Below, one piece after another: positions 32,840 to 40,106 of a stretch of 64,000 nucleotides of DNA (position 1 is its first letter; every line of letters begins with the position of its first letter). Below the pieces are notes generated by a model. It did no database searches. It had not been told where the DNA came from and saw nothing but the letters and a program-made list of their open reading frames with translations. Source of the stretch: a virus; IMG/VR virus record IMGVR_UViG_3300050821_006049; one strand, 5' to 3'. The translations under genes were made by a program, and so were the position numbers.

Positions 32840-32998
32840 ATGCTAGTTTGGATGTTGTTTATTTATCACGTCGATACCCACGCGCTCGTTGAGCGCGTGT
32901 CGTATCCGTTCCCTACCGAGTCAGAATGCAAGTCAGCGGGAGAGGCGGAAGCGCAGGACGGCATTACCTATGCCGTTTGCCGCCCATCCAAGCCATGA
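32840..32998 (+). CDS. Small hypothetical protein (52 aa)
   Basis: ATG 32840 after GGAGAGGAGCGGAGA (MLVWMLFIYHVDTHALVERVSYPFPTESECK…). Its stop overlaps the next ATG. Confidence 0.35.
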   Translation: MLVWMLFIYHVDTHALVERVSYPFPTESECKSAGEAEAQDGITYAVCRPSKP

Positions 32999-33573
32999 CC
33001 CCCGCGACTCGCCGCTCTGTTTTCGGCCTCGGCGCCAGCCTCGCGCTTGTCAGCGCAGCCTCCGCCCGCGCCGCACCAATCGCCAGCGACCTCGACGGCT
33101 TCCGCATGGGCACGATTGGCTGCAAGGTATGGCCCCCCGAGGACGGCAAGACGACCTACCCAAACTTTACCTACGCCGTAGGCATGTACCCAGAGTGTAA
33201 GACCTTCGACGGCTGGATCTGTTCGCCCTTCGCCCGCGGCGAGCACTTCATCAAGCAGTACGACGACACCTATCTCGCTGGTCAACTGTTCTGCGACATC
33301 CACCTCGGCGGTCCCCGGTGCGTCAAAATGGGGATTTGGCTAACTTTACCGGGCACTACAACGCCACTCAACATGGCGTCAGAGGGCATGCCCGGCGGCG
33401 TACCTGGCGACGATATCACCTTCACCATCTCGTGGCGGCATATATGCCGCGGCCCCGCCGGCCGCTACGGCGCGCAGGTCTACGTCATGGCCTTCGAGCC
33501 GACGGATTTCATCTTCGACGGCGCCTGCGGGATGCTGATCGAGGAAATCCGCCTCCCGAGGATGCAGACATGA
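32995..33573 (+). CDS. Tat-signal secreted Cys-rich protein (192 aa)
   Basis: MTPATRRSVFGLGASLALVSAASARA|AP carries the twin-arginine motif T-R-R-x-V-F, an h-region and AxA. The mature part has 8 Cys. No family recognised. Confidence 0.6.
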   Translation: MTPATRRSVFGLGASLALVSAASARAAPIASDLDGFRMGTIGCKVWPPEDGKTTYPNFTYAVGMYPECKTFDGWICSPFARGEHFIKQYDDTYLAGQLFCDIHLGGPRCVKMGIWLTLPGTTTPLNMASEGMPGGVPGDDITFTISWRHICRGPAGRYGAQVYVMAFEPTDFIFDGACGMLIEEIRLPRMQT

Positions 33574-33761
33574 CCCTGACCAAAACAGACTTAGAGTTTA
33601 TCCATCAGCGCTTATCAGGGGAAATGATGACATATCTAAGTTATATGGCGCTAGGCAACCTAAGGGCCGGCCACGAAACATCATAATGAATATTTAATGG
33701 GTCTGTCTGATCGGCCGGAAGAAACTATCAAAGCTATATCTAATCCACCAGTACAGTCGCC

Positions 33762-33914
33762 ATGATCGACACGTCTGAAATAGCTAAATTCCGAGAAGGA
33801 ATCTTCTCCCTACTCAATTGGGCATGGCCCCATAAATCAGAAGTCGATCCTGACACGGCCAAGCTGGCAGAATTTCTCGCGGCGAAATTGCGAATTTGGG
33901 ACAGCCAGAAATGA
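33762..33914 (+). CDS. Small hypothetical protein (50 aa) in an AT-richer island
   Basis: My translation is MIDTSEIAKFREGIFSLLNWAWPHKSEVDPDTAKLAEFLAAKLRIWDSQK. Below the ORF-track cutoff. Confidence 0.3.
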   Translation: MIDTSEIAKFREGIFSLLNWAWPHKSEVDPDTAKLAEFLAAKLRIWDSQK

Positions 33915-33951
33915 CGACAGTCACAGCAGCTATGACCCCGAGGATGCAGAT

Positions 33952-34185
33952 ATGAAAATAACACATGCCAAATCGACGGTATTCGGGCGCAAATGGGACC
34001 AACGTCATCGGCGTCAGCTTGGCATAGGGATTGCGTGTGAACCTTGGTCCTCGCTGGTTGTTTGTCGACGCCGGCTTCCGAAGGTATCGCGTGACAGAAT
34101 GTCGCAGGCGGTCTATTTTGCGGAACCGTTACATCTCTTGAGAGAGATGGCGGTTAAGTTCGCGGCATGGCAGCTACGACCGTGA
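33952..34185 (+). CDS. Hypothetical protein (77 aa)
   Basis: ORF-track entry only. Basic and of uncertain coding quality. Confidence 0.25.
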   Translation: MKITHAKSTVFGRKWDQRHRRQLGIGIACEPWSSLVVCRRRLPKVSRDRMSQAVYFAEPLHLLREMAVKFAAWQLRP

Positions 34186-34631
34186 GCCTCTACCGTAAGG
34201 GAAACGCGACGGGAGCGAAGCTTGACGGGCTTCGCAATGGTGACGCCGAAATTTACACGGATCCCGCATCGATGCTGATTTTCACGCTTAAAGCGCGAAG
34301 GCTGATCAATCAAGCCGTGAATGCGTTCGGCAACGACCATCAACGACTGGTGTGGCGCACATGGGCAAGCGCTCATCCTGACATACGACGGGGGCCGGCT
34401 GATCCCTATGATGACGGGGCCGGTGCGCTGTCTCCCGAAGTCGCAACTGTAGCCCGGTCGGTTCTGAATCAGCTCTTTGATGCTACACAACGTCGTCTAG
34501 GATCGTCGAGTTTGTCGGAAGACGATATAGCAGATATCAGTAACGACCTAGCATTTATTCGCTCTGTGGTGAAAACCCTTAATCGCCATGCACCCCTTGA
34601 AGCTTCAATCGGCCAGGGAGTTTCTGTCTAA
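34167..34631 (+). CDS. Hypothetical protein (154 aa)
   Basis: ORF with ordinary composition (…LIFTLKARRLINQAVNAFGNDHQRLVWRTWAS…). No family recognised. Confidence 0.45.
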   Translation: MAATTVSLYRKGNATGAKLDGLRNGDAEIYTDPASMLIFTLKARRLINQAVNAFGNDHQRLVWRTWASAHPDIRRGPADPYDDGAGALSPEVATVARSVLNQLFDATQRRLGSSSLSEDDIADISNDLAFIRSVVKTLNRHAPLEASIGQGVSV

Positions 34632-34715
34632 TTAGTCTGCGATCTTCCACCGCGTCGCGCGCCCTGGGCCGCCCGATCCGCTCAACCTTGCTCTTTGTGC
34701 GGCAACGAGCGCTAG

Positions 34716-34964
34716 TCATCGTCCCCCTCCTGGCTGCTCGACTTTTATATCAACCGTGATTTTGCCCTTCAGCTTGTACGCGAATCGCAAATTATAGGCC
34801 GCCGCATGCAGCCAGTCGGCGGCTTCCTCTAACGTCCAGAGCTGGCCATCGTCTGGCAGGCTTTGGAATAGACCTTCGATCAACGGATGGCGGGGCGGAC
34901 CCTCGCCGCCTCCGCCGCCTTTCCCGCTGCCACCGCGATTGTGGGCAGATGATTCTTCCGGCAT
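34716..34964 (-). CDS. Hypothetical protein (82 aa)
   Basis: Gly-rich N-terminus, then '…LWTLEEAADWLHAAAYNLRFAYKLKGKITVDIK…'. Confidence 0.4.
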   Translation of the reverse strand: MPEESSAHNRGGSGKGGGGGEGPPRHPLIEGLFQSLPDDGQLWTLEEAADWLHAAAYNLRFAYKLKGKITVDIKVEQPGGGR

Positions 34965-35175
34965 TGGCTCCCCCGCGCGCTAAGTTGGGAAAGAGCGGCC
35001 CGCTGGTCGGCACTCTCTAAGGCGGAACCGGGTCACTGTTGACGCAGCGCCCGGCTCCTAAGACCGCAACAACGGATTGGCCCCGCAGTCGCGATCCTCA
35101 GATGGAATATAGCCTGTTGACGCCGGCTTTTCCATCTTCGCGAGCGAAGGCCGATCCCTCGCAAGGATTGGCCCC

Positions 35176-35433
35176 TTGTCGCAGCACTTCCTTATTTCCC
35201 CAGCAGCGCGGACGCTATCGCTCCGTGACATCATGCGGATGAGCGACGAAGACGCGCACGCGCGCTTCGTCGCTATTCGGTTCGCGGCAAACAACGGCGC
35301 GCCGTTTTGCCCGAGCTGCGGCGCGATCAAGGTCTACACGCTTGCCGAGACTCCGGTTCGCTGGAAATGCTCGGGTTGCCGTAGCAAGTTCAGCGTGACC
35401 AGCGGAACCCTGTTCCATTCCCGCAAGCTGCCG
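35176..35433 (+). pseudogene. IS1595-family transposase, N-terminal remnant only
   Basis: 'MSQHFLISPAARTLSLRDIMRMSDEDAHARFVAIRFAANNGAPFCPSCGAIKVYTL…WKCSGCRSKFSVTSGTLFHSRKLP' is the IS1595 zinc-ribbon N-terminal domain. The reading frame degenerates right after 'SRKLP' and no DDE domain follows. Confidence 0.75.
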
Positions 35434-35486
35434 AGCGGGCCGAAATCCTGTTTGAGATCGGCGAGGCTGAGAAGCGGATCGCCCGG

Positions 35487-35834
35487 TTGCAGGCCGAGCT
35501 TGTCCATCTCGACGCCGTGCTCCGGATGTTCCGGCCCGACTTCAAGATCGAGGGACTCCCCGTGCGGCATCGCCGGCCAACGAAATCGCCTTACTTCGTG
35601 CACGGCGAGATGACGAAGCGCATCTTCGACGCGATGCGGTCCAGCGGCACCGTGACCAGTTTTGAGGTCGCGGCTCAGGCAATGCGCGACAAGGGGCTTG
35701 ATCCTGAGAACGATAAGCCGACGCGGACGGACTTCGTGCGCCGAGTCTCGCTGGCGCTCGGCGATATGCAGCGCAAGGGCAAGGTCGAGAAGATCGGCCG
35801 GGGGCGGGCGATGCGGTGGAAACTTATAAGTTAA
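35487..35834 (+). CDS. 5'-truncated hypothetical gene abutting the IS remnant
   Basis: The track ORF starts at a TTG. The same frame is protein-like further upstream (…AAERAEILFEIGEAEKRIARLQAELVHLDAVLRMF…) back to ~35430 with no start codon, so the native N-terminus appears deleted. Confidence 0.45.
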   Translation: MQAELVHLDAVLRMFRPDFKIEGLPVRHRRPTKSPYFVHGEMTKRIFDAMRSSGTVTSFEVAAQAMRDKGLDPENDKPTRTDFVRRVSLALGDMQRKGKVEKIGRGRAMRWKLIS

Positions 35835-36115
35835 CTAAGCGCTTTCGCGATCACGCCCTTGACATCTTCGCTCGGAACATGGAGGTGATCCGCTATGATG
35901 CCACAAAGACGATCTAGGCGGATCGGCCATGCATTTCGCCTAAATCCGATAATTGTCGCACCGCATGGATGATCGTCGGCAAGGGCATATCGCAGCTCTA
36001 TCCCGCCCTGCCGCCCTTCTCCCTCTGCAGGAACGGGTGTGCCCAGCGCGACGTGAAGTACGTCGACCCCGCGGTCGTATGCCGCTATCAACGGCGGACG
36101 TTTGGCGGTAGCCAT
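35831..36115 (-). CDS. DUF2283-like small protein (antitoxin-like partner)
   Basis: 'YDRGVDVLHVALGTPVPAEGEGRQGGIELRYALADDHPCGATIIGF' follows the DUF2283 pattern (YD.e.D.lyi.l…e…g…d..g.ivGiei). Confidence 0.5.
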   Translation of the reverse strand: MATAKRPPLIAAYDRGVDVLHVALGTPVPAEGEGRQGGIELRYALADDHPCGATIIGFRRNAWPIRLDRLCGIIADHLHVPSEDVKGVIAKALS

Positions 36116-36393
36116 AATACGGACTGCCCGGTTAAGTCCCGGAAATCTCGTCGGTACCCCATGGAATCGACAAGGGCTTGTTCCGGATTTACGATCACGG
36201 CGAACGGTGACTGTGATCCTGGGCTCCTTTCTCCTTGGTTAATGAAGACAATGTTTCGTGGATCGCTTGTTCCCGCACAGACTACATGCGGCTCCTGCAA
36301 CGTCCCGACGATTACATCTTCTAGCGACTCTAGCTCGGGACGGTAAGCCAGATGCGTCTCCCAGGTGGTTGTCAGCAAAGTCACTTGCGGCAA
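36088..36393 (-). CDS. Barnase-EndoU-ColicinE5/D-RelE-like nuclease-fold candidate (toxin-like, 101 aa)
   Basis: TTG start. 'TWETHLAYRPELESLEDVIVGTLQEPHVVCAGTSDPRNIVFINQG' resembles the 'H…hPe……i..tl..Pd.V…d..n…f' pattern of that family. Overlaps the DUF2283-like gene by 28 nt. Confidence 0.4.
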   Translation of the reverse strand: MPQVTLLTTTWETHLAYRPELESLEDVIVGTLQEPHVVCAGTSDPRNIVFINQGERSPGSQSPFAVIVNPEQALVDSMGYRRDFRDLTGQSVLWLPPNVRR

Positions 36394-36725
36394 CCCGGGA
36401 AGGTCTGGAGAAGCCTTTGAGTCAATTGCGCTTCAAGATGGCTTGCTGCGTCATCGGCTTGCCCTTGGGAACGTCGAGCTTGCCTCCCTGCGCTCGCGGC
36501 CATGCGATTGCCCCTATCCCTTGTGCCTCGCCAACGATAATCTAAGCTTGGGCGCGCTGTCTACCGGAGCGATCTGGTCCCATCTGCGCCCGGACGACGA
36601 GAATGATGTAATAGCAGCTTATAGTAGGCAACCATCAGCAGTTGACGCATTATAAGGCGATTCACCATATCCAGGTACTATAAAATGCGTAAAACTGGAT
36701 CCCCCAGAGGAGGAAGTTTGAGATT

Positions 36726-37040
36726 ATGACAGGTTCCGGTCACTTCTGGCTGGTCTACGTCGTCGCGCTTCTCGCCAGCGCCGCTGCTTATGATAAATCC
36801 GGATGGCTTAAAGATCACATGGCCGGGATTGTTGCGGAGCAATGCGGCAAGTCTCCCCATAAAGACGAGATTGCGGGTGATGTCGGGACGCAGCCGTCGC
36901 TTGCCGTGAATATCTGCGTCGCAGGTATGCCGTGCGGCGATAAGACCGATAAACAGACTTTAAGGACCGCCTACCAGTACTGCGAAGGGGGTGTTGGTTG
37001 GGCAGGTATGCGACAATGGATGTTTTACTATACCCGGTAA
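36726..37040 (+). CDS. N-terminally membrane-anchored Cys-rich protein (104 aa), first gene of the endolysin module
   Basis: GAGGAGGA RBS. MTGSGHFWLVYVVALLASAAAYDKSGW… has one TM/signal-anchor. Five Cys. Confidence 0.45.
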   Translation: MTGSGHFWLVYVVALLASAAAYDKSGWLKDHMAGIVAEQCGKSPHKDEIAGDVGTQPSLAVNICVAGMPCGDKTDKQTLRTAYQYCEGGVGWAGMRQWMFYYTR

Positions 37041-37188
37041 GTACCTCGACCCCGTTTGTCCCAAGATCGTTGATCGTTGGCTGAAGAGCGACTGGCGAAT
37101 GGAGGACGAGCTTGCCGAGATCGCCCGCAAGAAGGAAGAGATCGCGGACGCCAAGGCGTTCGTTGAGGCCGTGGCGAAGCAGAAATGA
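36991..37188 (+). CDS. Small hypothetical protein (65 aa)
   Basis: ORF-track entry. Helical charged C-terminus (…EDELAEIARKKEEIADAKAFVEAVAKQK). Overlaps the previous gene by 50 nt, so the start is uncertain. Confidence 0.3.
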   Translation: MLVGQVCDNGCFTIPGKYLDPVCPKIVDRWLKSDWRMEDELAEIARKKEEIADAKAFVEAVAKQK

Positions 37189-37189
37189 A

Positions 37190-37411
37190 ATGCCCGAACG
37201 CCTCAAGCTGAGCGCCTTCGACTCCGAGGATGAGCGGCGGCGCTGGAAGATCATCCGCCTTGATATGGTAAACGGCGGCGAAGTTCCGGGCCTGATAATA
37301 GCGGCAACCAAGGAAACCGGCCTGTGCCTCATGCAGACCAGCGCTGACGAAGCTTCCCAACAGGAATACAACTTCGGCCCCAACGGGCTGCGCATCGTGA
37401 GGGTGGGATGA
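37190..37411 (+). CDS. Small hypothetical protein (73 aa)
   Basis: ATG 37190, 1 nt after the previous stop (MPERLKLSAFDSEDERRRWKIIRLDMVNGG…). ATGA overlap with the endolysin. Confidence 0.4.
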   Translation: MPERLKLSAFDSEDERRRWKIIRLDMVNGGEVPGLIIAATKETGLCLMQTSADEASQQEYNFGPNGLRIVRVG

Positions 37412-38007
37412 TGATTGACGTGGTGCTTGACCTCTCCCATTGGCAATCGCCCGTCAACTTCGCGGCTGTGGAGGCAAGCGGCGTGCTCGCCGTAATCTTG
37501 AAGGCGACGCAAGGCGCGAGTTGGGTGGACTTTACCTTTATCGAGCGCAGCTCCGCCGCCCGAGCTGCTGGTTTGCTAGTGGGCGCCTATCACTTCGCCG
37601 ACGCATCGGACCCATGCGCTCAGGTTGGCAATTTCTTGGGTATAGCCGGCTCTATGCCTCGGTTGGCCATCGACATCGAAGCGAATGGCATGGGGGACAC
37701 GGTCTCGATCGCGCAAGCCGCCGAGCTGGTAGCCCGCCTGCAAATGGCTACCGGGAAGCTCCCGCTTGTCTACATGGGGCGATGGGGACCGACCGGCGAT
37801 GGTGCCGGTCTACCAAATTCGGTTCTGACTCGCTGTCCGCTGTGGCTGCCGGAGTATGGTCCTAACCCAGTCCCGCCAGATGGGTGGGATATGTGGACTC
37901 TGTGGCAATACACATCGAGCGGCGATTGCCCTGGGGTCGGCGGTATCTGTGACCGAAGTCAGTTCAGCGGGACTGCCGACGATCTTGCGGCGTGGTGGGC
38001 AACCTAA
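37408..38007 (+). CDS. GH25 muramidase (endolysin)
   Basis: 'DLSHWQSPVNFAAVEASGVLAVILKATQGASWVDFTF…AGLLVGAYHFA…LAIDIE' matches the glycoside hydrolase family 25 lysozyme signature (D.SHWQ, KATEG, GAYHF, lD.E). Confidence 0.9.
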   Translation: MMIDVVLDLSHWQSPVNFAAVEASGVLAVILKATQGASWVDFTFIERSSAARAAGLLVGAYHFADASDPCAQVGNFLGIAGSMPRLAIDIEANGMGDTVSIAQAAELVARLQMATGKLPLVYMGRWGPTGDGAGLPNSVLTRCPLWLPEYGPNPVPPDGWDMWTLWQYTSSGDCPGVGGICDRSQFSGTADDLAAWWAT

Positions 38008-38548
38008 TCGCCGATGCCGGCCTGACAAACAGCGGTCCCGGCCCACGCCGCGAGGCCGCTATGGGGTCAATCAGCGCTTCGGCGTAAACCAGCACGGCAA
38101 GTGCATCAGCCTCATCTTCGGTCACCGGAGCCCATCCGTAGCGCTCGCATACGCGGCGGGTCGCGGCTTTCTTCGCCTCCCGCCCACCCCACCGGGCCTG
38201 CCCGGTGAAGTGCTTTGCGACCGAGGCCGTGTCTACCTCGCGACACTTCGCCCCCCAATTGTGCGCCACCATCTGAGCGATCATGGCCAGGCCGTAGAGC
38301 CGGCGGATGGTGGCGTTGTTGACCGAGATCGCGCCGCGCGGAATAAACGGCGCCTCAAAGACGGCCCAATCCGGCCCCCCGCACTCGCCCATGATGGCGT
38401 CCAGCCAGTCGTGGAACAAGACGCCCACTTTGCCGTCATCGTCCCCCGGTTTGCCGAATCGTTTGTGCCGCCACACGGGCCGCTCGCCCGGCAGCGCGAA
38501 CGCCGCACCCGTCGTGGTAGCTATGTCGAGCGCGAGGATGCCGGGCAA
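37964..38548 (-). CDS. ruvC: RuvC-like Holliday-junction resolvase
   Basis: 'ILALDIATTTGAAF', '…VFEAPF…' and 'TEDEADALAVLVYA' are the acidic catalytic motifs of phage RuvC-type resolvases. TTG 38546-38548, 1 nt after the gapR-like stop, is preferred over ATG 38638. The 3' end overlaps the convergent endolysin by 44 nt. Confidence 0.7.
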   Translation of the reverse strand: MPGILALDIATTTGAAFALPGERPVWRHKRFGKPGDDDGKVGVLFHDWLDAIMGECGGPDWAVFEAPFIPRGAISVNNATIRRLYGLAMIAQMVAHNWGAKCREVDTASVAKHFTGQARWGGREAKKAATRRVCERYGWAPVTEDEADALAVLVYAEALIDPIAASRRGPGPLFVRPASAIRLPTTPQDRRQSR

Positions 38549-38549
38549 T

Positions 38550-39017
38550 TTAAGCGATCGGCGGCAGATCGCCTTCGAGATGAGCCTGAGAAGCCGCGCG
38601 AAGCGCTTCAGCTGCCCTCGTCGGGACGTTACGAACAATGGCCGCCTGCCCGAGAGGAAGATCAGAAAGCATGCCCAGCGCCTGTTTGTAGATATCGATC
38701 ATATCCTGCTCGGCCTGCAAATCGTCCGCATCACGGCGGCGCACCGCGATCACCTTGCGGATGATCTTGTTCTCAAAGCCCGCATCCTTGGCCGCTTTGT
38801 AAATTTCCTTGATCTTTTCCGAAAGATCGCGGCGGACCTCTTCTGCGCCCTCGATTTCCTCGACGAAGCCAGCGAGCCGCTTGGCCGCATTATCGCCGAG
38901 GCGGCCGTTCTCGATGACCGAGACCGGGCCGGTATCCGAGCCGTTATCCTTCCGGGGCCGGCCACGTCCGCGCTTCGGCCCTACTTCGTCAACCAGTCGC
39001 CTTGCCATCTTCTGCAC
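38550..39017 (-). CDS. gapR: GapR/DUF2312-family nucleoid-associated DNA-binding protein homologue
   Basis: 'RLAGFVEEIEGAEEVRRDLSEKIKEIYKAAKDAGFENKIIRKVIAVRRRDADDLQAEQDMIDIYKQALGM' is colinear with Caulobacter GapR as I recall it ('…[28 protein letters not shown]…EEDAILDLYLSAIG'). It also has an N-terminal AT-hook-like 'KRGRGRPRK'. Confidence 0.8.
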   Translation of the reverse strand: MQKMARRLVDEVGPKRGRGRPRKDNGSDTGPVSVIENGRLGDNAAKRLAGFVEEIEGAEEVRRDLSEKIKEIYKAAKDAGFENKIIRKVIAVRRRDADDLQAEQDMIDIYKQALGMLSDLPLGQAAIVRNVPTRAAEALRAASQAHLEGDLPPIA

Positions 39018-39231
39018 CGTTTGTGATAGGGAACCTTCCCATTGCGTCCTCGATCCGAAATGCCGTGCGGAGCGTAATGCTCGGCTGGCCCTTCTCGAAA
39101 ACGCGATCGAAATCGATGCGCCGGATCATGCTCTCTTGCAGCCCGGCTCGTCTGGCGAACTCGTAGTCGGAAATGCCGGTCGCCCGCTTATAGGCGACGA
39201 CAGCGGCAACGAATTGCTCGACGATTTTCAT
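38989..39231 (-). CDS. HTH (XRE/Cro-CI-like) regulator (80 aa)
   Basis: 'ISDYEFARRAGLQESMIRRI' is an HTH. Divergent from the early rightward operon. A -10-like TATTTA lies only 7 nt before the ATG, so the mRNA is possibly leaderless. Confidence 0.6.
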   Translation of the reverse strand: MKIVEQFVAAVVAYKRATGISDYEFARRAGLQESMIRRIDFDRVFEKGQPSITLRTAFRIEDAMGRFPITNGAEDGKATG

Positions 39232-39237
39232 CTGCGC

Positions 39238-39310
39238 CTAAATATGCCGATAATTTTCTGAAATCAACGATTTTGTGATTGACTCGCGGCGGCGCTATCG
39301 GCATATTTAG
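39238..39310. promoter_or_regulatory. Operator/promoter switch: perfect 15-bp inverted repeat flanking back-to-back promoters
   Basis: CTAAATATGCCGATA (39238-39252) and TATCGGCATATTTAG (39296-39310). The rightward promoter is TTGACT (39279-84)-N17-CATATT (39302-07). The leftward promoter is TTGATT (rc of 39262-67)-N17-TATTTA (rc of 39239-44). Each -10 lies inside one repeat arm. Confidence 0.6.
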
Positions 39311-39442
39311 CGCATGCCTCTCTCCCCTCTCCTCACGGGCTCGTCGGCGGCCCTGGAACCCAAGCTGACCTTCGCGGGAAGAGAGGCGGTCATACCCGTT
39401 GCGGAGGGCGGCGAGCCGACAACTTTCCCGAGGGAGTGATCG

Positions 39443-39703
39443 ATGAACCCGGGGGCCAAGGCGGCAAGTATGAGTGCTCGCGCCAAGTTGGCCGAGATTG
39501 AAGGATGTCCGCTCGGGAAGCCCCTCACAGAGCTAGATGTGGAAGACGCGAAGGCCGAATTTTATACGGCGCTTGGCAAATTTCTCGGCCAAGTCAACGC
39601 CACCAGAATGCAGCACATCAACGCGCATAATCAGCTTGAAGACCTGATCGCGGACGCGACCGCGCGCCAGCTCCGCGAGCTGGAGGGAAACGATGGTGGA
39701 TGA
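39443..39703 (+). CDS. Early hypothetical protein (86 aa)
   Basis: First ORF of the rightward operon, preceded by GAGGGAG. Helical (…KAEFYTALGKFLGQVNATRMQHINAHNQLEDLIADATARQLRELE). Confidence 0.5.
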   Translation: MNPGAKAASMSARAKLAEIEGCPLGKPLTELDVEDAKAEFYTALGKFLGQVNATRMQHINAHNQLEDLIADATARQLRELEGNDGG

Positions 39704-39942
39704 CGGCGGCATTATCTGGGCTGCCGTCTTCAATTGTGCTGTCGGCCTGCGATGGGGAGCGGGCGTGCTCGGCGAGGCCGTCAATGAGTTTCGGCGCTCT
39801 TGGGATAGGCTGCATTTCCCCGGAGACTACGAAGACGACAAGGAATCTGAGAATGCGTGCTGACACACTCGTGAACTGGTTCCTGGCCTGCTGCATCGCG
39901 CTCGCGGCGGGGATGTTCGTCGGAGGGATGCTGGCGCTGTGA
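39700..39942 (+). CDS. Hypothetical protein with C-terminal TM helix (80 aa)
   Basis: ATGA overlap with the previous stop and GTGA overlap with the next start support this frame over the alternative ATG 39693 frame. C-terminus 'LVNWFLACCIALAAGMFVGGMLAL'. Confidence 0.35.
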   Translation: MTAALSGLPSSIVLSACDGERACSARPSMSFGALGIGCISPETTKTTRNLRMRADTLVNWFLACCIALAAGMFVGGMLAL

Positions 39943-40106
39943 GCACGATAGGAGCTGGGGAAGAGGATGTAACCGTGCCGCGTTGGGCGCTCCAATTCGT
40001 AATGGATCACGCCGATTTCTGGGATGAGGGACCGCGGGGAGAGGGATGGCGCTCAGCCGCAATGGAGCAGGCCACCAATGCGTTGGAGGAAGCCTTAAAG
40101 CCATGA
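39939..40106 (+). CDS. Small hypothetical protein (55 aa)
   Basis: GTG start. My translation is VSTIGAGEEDVTVPRWALQFVMDHADFWDEGPRGEGWRSAAMEQATNALEEALKP. ATGA overlap with the exonuclease gene. Confidence 0.35.
   Translation: MSTIGAGEEDVTVPRWALQFVMDHADFWDEGPRGEGWRSAAMEQATNALEEALKP

Noticed and set aside
36642-36686. Promoter for the endolysin module (TTGACG at 36642; TAAAAT at 36681)
   Set aside because: The good -35 and the good -10 are 33 nt apart. Neither has an acceptable partner hexamer at 16-18 nt, so it is not reported as a feature.
39693-39863. Alternative 56-aa frame (MVDDGGIIWAAVFNCAVGLRWGAGVLGEAVNEF…) instead of 39700-39942
   Set aside because: Both frames have similar third-position GC. 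The 39700 frame fits the ATGA/GTGA coupling chain with its neighbours. This remains unresolved without conservation data.
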